Origin: Spirochaetia bacterium
Lineage (GTDB): Bacteria; Spirochaetota; Spirochaetia; SZUA-6; Bin103
DNA: 64,000 nucleotides
Direction of reading: 5' to 3'
Assembly (NCBI GenBank): GCA_965203515.1
Contig: OZ241907.1
Coordinates: 3,872,001 to 3,936,000, forward strand
The position numbers were made by a program, and so were the translations under genes. Positions 44,307 through 54,430 of the stretch are shown piece by piece (position 1 is the stretch's first letter; each line of letters starts with the position of its first letter). Under the pieces are notes generated by a model. It had not been told where the DNA came from. It was given only the letters and a program-made list of their open reading frames with translations, and made no database searches.

Positions 44307-45086
44307 ATGGCCGAGCGGCCGACCGCTTCCGAGCGGTTCTTCTTCGACACCAACGGCTATCTGGTGCTGGATGGCGTGCTCGGCCCCGACGACGTCGCCA
44401 GGCTGCGCGCCGCGCTGCAGGCGGCCGTCGAGCGGCGCCGCGCGCTGGCGCGGACCGGCGGGGAGGTCTTCCGCGCCAGCCAGAACCTGGAAAACGGCAC
44501 GCGCATCTTCTATCTGCTGGCCGAGGACGATCTGTTCCTGGACATGATGGACCTGCCGGCGGTCATGCCGTACGTCACCGGGCTGCTCAACGAGGCGCCG
44601 CACTTCCACGCCTCCGACGCGTTCTGGGAGCACGGCGCCAGCGCCCATCGGCCCGGCTGGCACATCGACGGCGCCGACGCCGGCTACCGCCGGCTCGGCC
44701 CGTACATCCCGTTGATGCAGCTCAAGATCGCCTACTTCCTGTCGGACATGAGCGCCGCCGACCAGGGTAACCTGACGGTGGTGCCGGGGTCGCACCGCGC
44801 GCAGGCAGCGCCGGACGAGCGGGACCTGCAAGGGTTCGAGTCGATGCCCGGGGCAGTGCAGCTCCGCTGCCGGCAGGGGTCCTGCGCGATGTTCCATAAC
44901 GCGCTCTGGCATACGCGCGGCCCGGCGCGGCGCGTCGACGGCGAGCGGATCATCCTCTACTACGCCTACGAGCATCCGTGGATGGCGGCGAGCCCGGAGC
45001 CGACATCCTATCCGCCGCGTTTCTACGCAGCGCTGTCGCCGGAGCGCAGGCGGTTCTTTCACCCGGTGGTGCTGCCCAAGGAATGA
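44307..45086 (+). CDS. PhyH-family Fe(II)/2-oxoglutarate dioxygenase
   Basis: FFDTNGYL, WHID, VVPGSH, LWHT. Confidence 0.88.
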   Translation: MAERPTASERFFFDTNGYLVLDGVLGPDDVARLRAALQAAVERRRALARTGGEVFRASQNLENGTRIFYLLAEDDLFLDMMDLPAVMPYVTGLLNEAPHFHASDAFWEHGASAHRPGWHIDGADAGYRRLGPYIPLMQLKIAYFLSDMSAADQGNLTVVPGSHRAQAAPDERDLQGFESMPGAVQLRCRQGSCAMFHNALWHTRGPARRVDGERIILYYAYEHPWMAASPEPTSYPPRFYAALSPERRRFFHPVVLPKE

Positions 45087-45100
45087 AACCGGATTCCGGT

Positions 45101-45145
45101 CCCCGCCGGCGCCGACCCCGCCGGCGCCCACCCCGCCGACGCCGG
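45101..45145. repeat. 15-nt intergenic tandem repeat x3
   Basis: CCCCGCCGGCGCCGA / CCCCGCCGGCGCCCA / CCCCGCCGACGCCGG. Confidence 0.8.
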
Positions 45146-45234
45146 TCGGGCTTGTACGGTCCGCCGGAGCGGACGATATTTGCAGGTGTCCGCAGCGTCC
45201 GGAGACGGGCGACCGGAACGTGAGGAGTAACAAC

Positions 45235-46515
45235 GTGGCAAAGAACGCCCCGTCCGCCGCGGCCAGGGCCGCGCAGAAGCCGGCAGCGCCGGCCGAGCCG
45301 TTCCGCAGCGGCGCCGTCCCGCTCATCGGCATCGCGCTGGCGCTGGCGGGCGTCGTGCTCAGCTACGTCCTGACGCGCAACTTCTTTCAACACAACGTCC
45401 TGGGCGAGGCGTCCGGATGCGCCGTGAACGCCTACGTGGACTGCGACCGGGTCAGTCAGTCGTCGTTCGCGGCCGTCGGACCGGTGCCGATCTCCACCTT
45501 CGGGCTGGGGATGCACGGCGCGGTGCTGGCGGCGCTGGCCGTCGTGCAGGTCGGCCGCGCCCGCGCGCGCGTCCGCGAAGGGCTGGCCGGCGGCAGCGCG
45601 GCGCTGGCGCTGGCCGCCACCGTGGTGTCGGTCGCGCTGGCGGTGATCTCGGTCTTCGTCATCAGGGCGCTCTGTCTCTACTGCACCGCTCTGCAGATCG
45701 TGAACCTTGCGCTGGCCGGCACGCTGGTGTTCGGGCTGGCCGGCGGCGCCGGCCGGCTGCGGCAGGCGCTGCGGTCGATCGCCGGGCCGGCGCTGGGCGC
45801 CGGCGTGCTGGCTGTCGGCATCGGCGCAGGCGTGGCCGTCGTGGCCACCTTCGTCTTGGCGAATGCCGCCGACCGGCAGCTCCTGGAACGGCAGATCTCG
45901 CAGGCGCGCGCGTCGCAGCGTCTGGCCGACCGCTACCTGGGGTTCGACCGTCACCAGTTCGATCTGACCGGCAGCCCGCAGCTCGGCGATCCCGACGCGC
46001 CCATCACGCTGGTGGTCTTCGCCGACTACAACTGCCCGCACTGCCGCAACTTCGATCCGAAGATCGCGGAGATCGCGCGCGGCGACGACGACGTGCGGCT
46101 GGTGTACAAGTTCTTCCCGCTCGACGGCACCTGCAACCGGTCGATACCGCGCGACCGCCGCTCCACCTCCTGTGCCGCCGCGGCGGCCGCCTACGCGGCG
46201 CACCTGGAAGGGAAGTTCTGGGAGTACAACGAGACGCTGTTCGCCAACTTTCAGCGGTACGGGCCGAATCGGCTGGTCGAGTACGCCGGGCGGGTTGGCC
46301 TGAGCGACCCGGAACGCGTGCGCGCCGCGTTGGACGACCGGGTGGTGCGGTCCAAGATCGAAGCCGACATCTCCGAGGCGCTCGCCGCCGGCCTCCGGGC
46401 GACGCCGACGATGTACGTCAACGGCCGGCAATTCATCACCTCCCGCGTGCCGCCCAACCGCGACCAGTTCTCGATCATCCGCTCGCTGATCGCCGAAGAA
46501 GCGAGCGGCGGCTGA
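45235..46515 (+). CDS. VKOR-family membrane oxidoreductase fused to a DsbA-like thioredoxin domain
   Basis: Loop cysteines C..C..V..S, CLYC in a TM segment, then DYNCPHC and ATPTMYVNG. Confidence 0.88.
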   Translation: MAKNAPSAAARAAQKPAAPAEPFRSGAVPLIGIALALAGVVLSYVLTRNFFQHNVLGEASGCAVNAYVDCDRVSQSSFAAVGPVPISTFGLGMHGAVLAALAVVQVGRARARVREGLAGGSAALALAATVVSVALAVISVFVIRALCLYCTALQIVNLALAGTLVFGLAGGAGRLRQALRSIAGPALGAGVLAVGIGAGVAVVATFVLANAADRQLLERQISQARASQRLADRYLGFDRHQFDLTGSPQLGDPDAPITLVVFADYNCPHCRNFDPKIAEIARGDDDVRLVYKFFPLDGTCNRSIPRDRRSTSCAAAAAAYAAHLEGKFWEYNETLFANFQRYGPNRLVEYAGRVGLSDPERVRAALDDRVVRSKIEADISEALAAGLRATPTMYVNGRQFITSRVPPNRDQFSIIRSLIAEEASGG

Positions 46516-46516
46516 G

Positions 46517-47641
<1,125 letters not shown>

Positions 47642-47671
47642 CTATCTCAAAGCGTACCCGTCCCGCCTCGA

Positions 47672-48106
47672 TCAGGAGATGACGATCTGGACCCGGTGTC
47701 CGGACTCCTCGTCCTTGTAGTCGAGGACGTCGCACGGCTCGCCCGCTCGCAACGCCTCCCGAATGCGGTTGATATCGACGCCGTGCTCGCCCAGCACCGC
47801 CGCCGCCGGCAGGTCGAACAGCGGAAGCGCGAACCGGGCCAGTTGCAGCGGCAGGACCAGCGTCACCAGGTGGCCGTCTGCGGTGGCAAGCGCGATGCGC
47901 ACCTGCAGTTCATCGGACGCCGCGGCGGCCTGCTCCGCCGGCGGCGCCGCCACGCGGCGGGGCGTCTCCTCATCGCCTCCCAGGGCGGACAGCAGCCGCG
48001 CCCCCTCGTCAGCCGTGATCGTGCCCTGATCCACCATGCGCAGCACCTGCTGCCGCTCTTCGCTGAACATGCGCAGCAAGTGTTGCCGCTCTTCGCTCGA
48101 AGCCAT
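47672..48106 (-). CDS. SHOCT-like-domain hypothetical protein
   Basis: EERQQVLRMVDQGTITADEGARLLSAL; duplicated N-terminal EERQxxLRM. Confidence 0.7.
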   Translation of the reverse strand: MASSEERQHLLRMFSEERQQVLRMVDQGTITADEGARLLSALGGDEETPRRVAAPPAEQAAAASDELQVRIALATADGHLVTLVLPLQLARFALPLFDLPAAAVLGEHGVDINRIREALRAGEPCDVLDYKDEESGHRVQIVIS

Positions 48107-48229
48107 CGTCCACCCCCCTGCCGCACAGTGTAGCGCGGATGCGCCGGCTCGCCAAACCGGGTTTGCCGCCGCTCCTTGACCGGTGGTTCGATCGCGGTTC
48201 AGAGTATCGTGGGGTCAAGGTTCCGCGCC

Positions 48230-48718
48230 GTGGACTACACGTTCTGGGCTATCGCCGGCATCGTGCTGATCGGTGTCGAGTTCCTGCTCCCCGGGTTCGT
48301 CGTGTTCTTCTTCGGCGTCGGCGCGCTGGTGACGGCCCTGTTGACGGCGGTGTTTCCAGCGCTTCGAACCGATCTGGCGGCGCAGACGCTGATCTGGGCC
48401 GGCTCGTCGGGGCTGTCCCTGTTCGCGCTCCGCCGCTACCTGAAGCCGATCTTCGTTGGACTTCGGAACCGCGGCGGCGCCGAGGACCTGCATGGCAACT
48501 CCGCGGAGGTGGTCGAACCGATCGAGCCCGGACGGCCGGGCCGCGTGCGCGTCCACGGCACCACCTGGAAGGCGACGAGCCATGCCGACTCCTTCCTCGT
48601 CGGCGACATCGTCGACATCGTGCGCAACGACAGCCTGACCCTGGAGGTGACCCGGTCCGTCATGGAGGAGGTGGCGCGTCTGCAGGATCGATCTCAGCCG
48701 GACGCGGAGCGATCCTGA
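48230..48718 (+). CDS. NfeD-like membrane protein
   Basis: W..AGIVLIGVEFLLPG, GRVRVHGTTWKA OB-fold; upstream of SPFH genes. Confidence 0.85.
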   Translation: MDYTFWAIAGIVLIGVEFLLPGFVVFFFGVGALVTALLTAVFPALRTDLAAQTLIWAGSSGLSLFALRRYLKPIFVGLRNRGGAEDLHGNSAEVVEPIEPGRPGRVRVHGTTWKATSHADSFLVGDIVDIVRNDSLTLEVTRSVMEEVARLQDRSQPDAERS

Positions 48719-48772
48719 TGGCGGGGCCATGCTTGATGGCCGGGCCATGCTGATGGCGGAGCCATTCTGATG
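48716..48772. repeat. About 17-nt tandem repeat x3 filling the nfeD-SPFH junction
   Basis: TGATGGCGGGGCCATGC / TGATGGCCGGGCCATGC / TGATGGCGGAGCCATTC / TGATG. Confidence 0.85.
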
Positions 48773-49717
48773 ATAGAGATCATCCTGTCGGCCGCGGTCG
48801 CGGCGGTCACCGCGCTGTTGTTCAGGAACACCGTGCGCATCGTCCCGGAGCAGCAGGCGTTCATCGTGGAGCGGCTCGGCAAGTATGACCGGACGCTGGG
48901 TGCGGGGTTTCATCTGCTGATCCCGTTTGTCGAGCGCATCGCCTACCGGCAGTCACTCAAGGAGGAGGCGATGCACGTGCAGCCTCAGACCTGCGTGACC
49001 GCCGACAACGTGCAGCTCAACGTCGATGGCATCCTGTACCTGCGGGTCGTCGATCCGGAGAAGGCCAGCTACGGCATCGACGACTACCGCTATGCCTCCA
49101 CGCAGCTTGCCCAGACCACCATGCGTTCCGAGATGGGCCGTATCGATCTCGATCGCAGCTTCTCCGAGCGAGATGAGATCAACGACGCGATCGTGCGCGC
49201 GGTCGACGAGGCGTCCGATCCCTGGGGGATCAAGGTGACCCGCTACGAGGTGCGCGACATCTCGCCGCCGGATTCGGTCCTGCAGGCCATGGAACAGCAG
49301 ATGCGCGCCGAGCGTGAGAAGCGCGCGGCGGTCCTCCAGAGCGAGGGCGAGAGGGCAGCCCGCATCAACGTCTCCAAGGGCCAAAGGGAGGAGGCGATCA
49401 ACCTGTCGAAAGGCGAACGGCAGCGTCGCATAAACGAGGCTGCAGGCCGCGCCCGCGCCATCGAGGCTACCGCTACGGCGACGGCCGACGGCATCCGTCA
49501 GGTGGCGCAGGCGATCCGGCAGCGTGGCGGCGATACCGCCTTCGCGCTCCGCATCGCGGATCAGTACGTGGCGCAGTTCGGTCGCATTCTGGAGGGCGCC
49601 AACGTCTCCGTCATGCCGCTCGAAGTCGCTCAGATGCGCTCGATCCTGCAGACCGTTCTTGGCCGCTCCCCCTCCACCGGCGAGCCGCCGGCCGCCGCGG
49701 CGGACGGGGAATCCTGA
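48770..49717 (+). CDS. SPFH/stomatin-like (paraslipin) protein
   Basis: VERLGKY, QLAQTTMRSEMG, WGIKVTRYE, AEREKRA. Confidence 0.92.
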   Translation: MIEIILSAAVAAVTALLFRNTVRIVPEQQAFIVERLGKYDRTLGAGFHLLIPFVERIAYRQSLKEEAMHVQPQTCVTADNVQLNVDGILYLRVVDPEKASYGIDDYRYASTQLAQTTMRSEMGRIDLDRSFSERDEINDAIVRAVDEASDPWGIKVTRYEVRDISPPDSVLQAMEQQMRAEREKRAAVLQSEGERAARINVSKGQREEAINLSKGERQRRINEAAGRARAIEATATATADGIRQVAQAIRQRGGDTAFALRIADQYVAQFGRILEGANVSVMPLEVAQMRSILQTVLGRSPSTGEPPAAAADGES

Positions 49718-50631
49718 TGGACGTGCAGACCATCGTCGCGCTGTGCGCGGGCGGAATCGTGTTTCTCAGCCTGGTCCTGCACGTTCGCGTGGTGCCGGCG
49801 CGCCGCGCCCTGGTGGTCGAACGGCTGGGCAAGTACCGGCGCACGCTGGAAGCGGGCTTTCACGTGCTGATTCCGTACCTGGATCGGGTGCGCTACCGGC
49901 ACAGCCTCAAGGAGCAGGCGATCGACGTACCGCCACAGCCGTGCTTCACGCAAGACAACGTCAAGATCACGGTCGACGGCGTCCTCTACTTCCGCGTGAT
50001 CGACCCCAAGCGTGCCAGCTACGGCATCATCAACTACGAATACGCGACCATCCAGCTCGCACAGACCACGATGCGCTCGGTCATCGGCAAGCTGGAGCTG
50101 GACCGTACCTTCGAGGAACGCGACCGGATCAACGCCGCGATCGTGCAGGTGCTCGACGACGCCTCCGATCCCTGGGGCGTCAAGGTCACCCGCTACGAGA
50201 TCCAGAACGTCCAGCTTCCGTCGTCCGTGCAGCAGTCGATGGAGTATCAGATCAAGGCCGATCGACAGAAACGGGCCGTGATCGCGCGCAGCGTCGGGGA
50301 AATGGAGGCGCGCATCAACCACTCCGTCGGTGTGATGGAGGAGGCGATCAACCGTTCCGAGGGTGAAAAGGCGCGTCAGATCAATGAAGCCGAAGGCCGC
50401 GCGCAGGAGATCCTGGCGATCGCTGCCGCCACCGCTGCCGGTCTCAGCAGGATTGCCGAAGCGGTACGGGCGGAGGGCGGCCATGACGCCCTGGTCCTGC
50501 GGACCGCGGAGGAGTACATCGGCGCGCTGGAAAAGCTGGCCGCCAAGAACCCGGAGGTGGTGCTGCCGGTCGACCTCACCGACATCAGGTCGATCACGCA
50601 GATAGTCAGGAAGGCGCTGAAGCCCGACTGA
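49717..50631 (+). CDS. SPFH/stomatin-like (paraslipin) protein, paralogue 2
   Basis: VERLGKY, QLAQTTMRSVIG, WGVKVTRYE. Confidence 0.92.
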   Translation: MDVQTIVALCAGGIVFLSLVLHVRVVPARRALVVERLGKYRRTLEAGFHVLIPYLDRVRYRHSLKEQAIDVPPQPCFTQDNVKITVDGVLYFRVIDPKRASYGIINYEYATIQLAQTTMRSVIGKLELDRTFEERDRINAAIVQVLDDASDPWGVKVTRYEIQNVQLPSSVQQSMEYQIKADRQKRAVIARSVGEMEARINHSVGVMEEAINRSEGEKARQINEAEGRAQEILAIAAATAAGLSRIAEAVRAEGGHDALVLRTAEEYIGALEKLAAKNPEVVLPVDLTDIRSITQIVRKALKPD

Positions 50632-50786
50632 ACCGGGACTCCATGCGGCGACTCGGGCGCTTGGCTGAGTCACCGTATGGAATCTGCGCAGCCGTGCTAC
50701 ACTCGCCGCGGTGGCCGCCGCCCGCAGGAGGCTTGAACGGGCGTTCGGTCGAGCCGAGAAGAACAGAGAGAAGGCAGGTAAGCACC

Positions 50787-51671
50787 ATGGCTCCACGGTC
50801 TAGCTGGAAGGCGTTCCTCAAGCTCAGTCTGGTCTCCGTACCGGTGCGCGGGTTCACGGCGTCGAAGTCGGGCGGTGACATCCGGTTGAATCAGCTCCAC
50901 AAGGACTGCAACACGCGCGTCAAGTACCTGAAGGTCTGCCCGGAGCACGGCGAGTTGTCTTCCGGCCAGATCGTCAAGGGGTACGAGCACAGCAAGGGCG
51001 AGTACGTCATCATCGACGACGACGAACTGGAGAAGCTGCGCACGGAGAACGACCATTCGATCAGCATCGAGGGATTCATCCCGCCGGACGCGGTCGATCC
51101 GGTCTATCACGCGGGCCGCACCTACTACCTGGTCCCCGACGGTGCGCCGGGGCAGAAGCCGTACGCGCTGCTGCACCGCGGCATGCAGGAAAATCGGGTC
51201 CACGCTCTGGCGCACGTCGTGATCGGCGGTCGCGAGCAGATCGTCCTGCTGCGGCCGATCGGCGATCTCCTGGGACTCACGGTGCTGTACTACCACGCCA
51301 GGATGCAATCGGCGGAGTCGCTGGGTGACGAGGTCGGCGACGTCGAGGTCACCGACGAGGAGCTGACGCTGGCCAACACCCTGATCGGCGCCTCCCGCAT
51401 GGAAGACTTCGACCTCTCCTCCTACGAAGACCGGTACCACGCCAAGCTGACCGAGCTGATCCGCATGAAGGTCGAAGGCCAGGAGGTGGTGCAGGCCGAG
51501 GACGCGGAGGAGCCCAAGATCATCAACTTGATGGACGCTCTGAAGAAGAGCGTGGCCGAGGCGCAGAAGGCCGGTGCTGCCGCGGAGCCGGCGGCCGCCG
51601 AGCCATCGAGCAGGAAGATGGCGCCGAGCGCCCGTACGCGCCGGGCCGGGACCAGGAAGAAGGCGGTGTAG
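50787..51671 (+). CDS. ku: Non-homologous end-joining protein Ku
   Basis: SWKAFLKLSLVSVPV, IVKGYE, YYLVP, INLMDALKKS, basic tail; TGcTACACT extended -10 at 50695-50703. Confidence 0.95.
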   Translation: MAPRSSWKAFLKLSLVSVPVRGFTASKSGGDIRLNQLHKDCNTRVKYLKVCPEHGELSSGQIVKGYEHSKGEYVIIDDDELEKLRTENDHSISIEGFIPPDAVDPVYHAGRTYYLVPDGAPGQKPYALLHRGMQENRVHALAHVVIGGREQIVLLRPIGDLLGLTVLYYHARMQSAESLGDEVGDVEVTDEELTLANTLIGASRMEDFDLSSYEDRYHAKLTELIRMKVEGQEVVQAEDAEEPKIINLMDALKKSVAEAQKAGAAAEPAAAEPSSRKMAPSARTRRAGTRKKAV

Positions 51672-51675
51672 GGAG

Positions 51676-52572
51676 CTGTCGGATCTGCCGCGTCTCATCG
51701 CCCCGATGCTCGCCGCCGCCGGACGGCCGTTCGATTCGGCCGACCATCTGTTCGAGATCAAGTGGGACGGGTTTCGCACCATGGCGCACGTCGAGCATCG
51801 ATCGCTGCGGCTGGTCAGCCGCAGCGGGCGCGACGTGACCGCACAGTACCCGGAACTCGCGTCGCTGGCCGCGCTCCCGGACGGCAGCGTGGTCGACGGC
51901 GAGATCGTGTTCCTGCAGGACGGCGTTCCCGATTTCGAGTCGCTGCAGCCGCGCGATCAGGCGCGTGGCGCACGGCGCGCCGCGGCGCTGGCGGCGGAGC
52001 GCCCGGTGCGGTACATCGCCTTCGATCTGCTGTACCGGGACTTCACGTCACTCATCGACCAGCCGCTGAGCGCGCGCCGCGACCGGCTGCTGGAGCTCGA
52101 CGTCCCGGCGCCGATGGCGGTCTCGGAAGCGGTTCGCACCGAAGGGCGGAGCCTGTATGAGAGCGTCTGTTCCGCCGGGCTCGAAGGCATCATGGCAAAG
52201 CGTCTCGACAGCCGGTACCGGCCCGGCCGCCGCTCGGACGCGTGGATCAAGGTGAAGCGGCGGCTGCGCGCGCTGTGCGCGATCGTCGGCTTCATGCCCC
52301 AGGAGGGAGGCGACATTCAGAGCGTCGCGGTGGCGATCGACCGCGACGGGGTGCTCACCTACGCCGGCCGGGTCGGCACCGGTTACCGGGAGCAGGAGCG
52401 CCTGCGTCTGGCCCGACTGCTGCACGAGCGCGTCGCCGATCGGGCGCTGGTCGAGCTGCCGGCCGGCGCGGTCGGCGTGCGGCCCGGGCTCTATTGCGAG
52501 GTCAGCTTCATGGATCAGACGCGCGACGGCGTGCTGCGGGCGCCGGTGTTCGAGCGGCTGATCGAGCCGTAG
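51676..52572 (+). CDS. ATP-dependent DNA ligase (LigD ligase/OB domains only)
   Basis: PMLA, EIKWDGFR, VDGEIV, AFDLL, EGIMAKR, RSDAWIKVK, LRAPVF; start uncertain (CTG 51676 or ATG 51706). Confidence 0.9.
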   Translation: MSDLPRLIAPMLAAAGRPFDSADHLFEIKWDGFRTMAHVEHRSLRLVSRSGRDVTAQYPELASLAALPDGSVVDGEIVFLQDGVPDFESLQPRDQARGARRAAALAAERPVRYIAFDLLYRDFTSLIDQPLSARRDRLLELDVPAPMAVSEAVRTEGRSLYESVCSAGLEGIMAKRLDSRYRPGRRSDAWIKVKRRLRALCAIVGFMPQEGGDIQSVAVAIDRDGVLTYAGRVGTGYREQERLRLARLLHERVADRALVELPAGAVGVRPGLYCEVSFMDQTRDGVLRAPVFERLIEP

Positions 52573-52574
52573 CC

Positions 52575-53534
52575 ATGGCCGAGGCGGTCGTGTCGCTGTT
52601 CAGCACCGAGCAGGTAGCGCGGATACTCGAAGTCTCGCCGGCCGAGGTCCGGCGCTGGGTGCGCAGCGGGCTGCTGCGGCCGGCACGGATCGATCGATCG
52701 GTCCGCTTCGATTTCAGGGACGTCGCCGCATCGCGCGCGGTAGCGGCGCTGACCCGTGCCGGCGTCACGCCGCGGCGCATCAAGCGCTCGCTGCGCCAGA
52801 TCGGTGAGTGGCTGCCGGACGCGCCCGACCTGCTCAACCGCCTGGAGGCCGGCGCTGCCGGCCGCGGCCTGCGGGTCCGGCTGCGCTCCGGCCAGGCGGC
52901 CGACCCGTCCGGTCAATTGCTGCTGGACCTGGCCGACGAGCTGGGCCGCGCCCGGCCGGTCGAGGAGAGGATCGTGGCGCTCCGCCCGGAGGCGGGGAGT
53001 GCGGCGGCGGGGAGCGCGGCGGCGGGGAATGCGGCGGCGCCGGACACGGGCGGCGCCGAGGCGTGGTTCGAGGCCGGCATGCATGCCGAGGAGGCCGGCG
53101 AGTACGAGCAGGCGGTCGATGCGTACGAGCGGGCGGTAGCGCGGGGCGCCGCCTCCGCGGAGGTCGACTTCAACCTGGGCAACGCGCTGTACGCGCTCGG
53201 CCGCGCCGCCGATGCCGCTGCCAGCTATCTCCGCGCCGTCGATCGGGAGCCCGGCTACGTCGAGGCGTGGAACAACCTGGGGAACGCGCTGATCGACACC
53301 GGCCGCGCGGGCGAAGCGATCGACGCCTACCGCCGTGCGCTCGCGCTGGACCCGCACTACGCCGACGCGCACGGCAATCTGGCCGAGGCGTTCGCGCAAC
53401 TTGGCCGGGCAGAGGAGGCGCGGCGGCATCGGCAGGCGTACCTGCGCGGGGCCTCGCACGGCGGTTGGGCCGAGCAATTACGCCGGGAGCTGCTCGCGCT
53501 GCAGAAGTCGCCCAAGCCGGACCCCTCCTCCTGA
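52575..53534 (+). CDS. MerR-like HTH + tetratricopeptide repeat protein
   Basis: STEQVARILEVSPAEVRRWVRSGLL..FDFRD; TPRs FNLGNALY, WNNLGNAL, HGNLAEA. Confidence 0.82.
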   Translation: MAEAVVSLFSTEQVARILEVSPAEVRRWVRSGLLRPARIDRSVRFDFRDVAASRAVAALTRAGVTPRRIKRSLRQIGEWLPDAPDLLNRLEAGAAGRGLRVRLRSGQAADPSGQLLLDLADELGRARPVEERIVALRPEAGSAAAGSAAAGNAAAPDTGGAEAWFEAGMHAEEAGEYEQAVDAYERAVARGAASAEVDFNLGNALYALGRAADAAASYLRAVDREPGYVEAWNNLGNALIDTGRAGEAIDAYRRALALDPHYADAHGNLAEAFAQLGRAEEARRHRQAYLRGASHGGWAEQLRRELLALQKSPKPDPSS

Positions 53535-53557
53535 CGCGGCGACCGACCGATCTAGCC

Positions 53558-54430
53558 GTGAAGCGCCGACGAGGGCTGCTGGTCACCGATCTGGACGGCA
53601 CGTTGCTGGGCGCCGACCGGCGGCTGCGCGAGTGCGACCGCGCGGCGCTGAGCCGGCTGGGCCGCGACGGCTGGCGCCGCGCGATCGCCACGGGGCGGAG
53701 TCTGCATTCGTTCGGTCTGGTCGCCGCAGAGCGGTTCCCGGTCGATTACGTGGTCTTCTCATCGGGCGCCGGCATCCATGACGTCCGCGACCGCCGCCTG
53801 CTCCGCGCCCATACGCTCACCGGCAGCCAGACCGCCTTGGCGGCGCGGGTGCTGCACGCCCTGGACCTCGACTACATGGTGCACCGGCCGATCCCCGACA
53901 ACCACCGCTTTCAGTACCGGCGCAGCGGGCGTCCGAACCCGGACTTCGACGTGCGGATCGACCGCTACCGCGCGTTCGCGGCGCCGCTTGCCGGCGAGCC
54001 GGGTCCGAGCGCGCAGTTGCTGGCGGTCGTGCCGGTCGATCGCCCGGAGCCGTCCAGCGATGCGGTGGCCGACCTGCTGCCGGACCTCACCGTGATCCGC
54101 ACCACCTCGCCGCTCGACCATCGCTCGACCTGGATCGAGATATTCCCGCGCGAGGTCTCCAAGAGCCAGGCGGCGGCGTGGTTGGCCGCACGCCACGGCA
54201 TCCGGCGCGGCCAAGTCTGCGCGATCGGCAACGATTACAACGACGGCGACCTGTTGGCGTGGGCCGGCTCCAGCTACGTGGTCGCCAACGCGGCGCCGGA
54301 ACTGCGCGCGCGCTACGACGTGGTCGCCGCCGCCGGCCGTTGCGGCGTCGCCGAGGCGATCGGTCGCTGGCGGTCGTCCGGGCGGCGCAACGGCCGGCTC
54401 ACAGCGAGACGCCGGCCGTGCCGCGCGTGA
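53558..54430 (+). CDS. Cof-like HAD-superfamily hydrolase
   Basis: TDLDGTLL, ATGR, VSK, IGNDYND, VANA. Confidence 0.88.
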   Translation: MKRRRGLLVTDLDGTLLGADRRLRECDRAALSRLGRDGWRRAIATGRSLHSFGLVAAERFPVDYVVFSSGAGIHDVRDRRLLRAHTLTGSQTALAARVLHALDLDYMVHRPIPDNHRFQYRRSGRPNPDFDVRIDRYRAFAAPLAGEPGPSAQLLAVVPVDRPEPSSDAVADLLPDLTVIRTTSPLDHRSTWIEIFPREVSKSQAAAWLAARHGIRRGQVCAIGNDYNDGDLLAWAGSSYVVANAAPELRARYDVVAAAGRCGVAEAIGRWRSSGRRNGRLTARRRPCRA

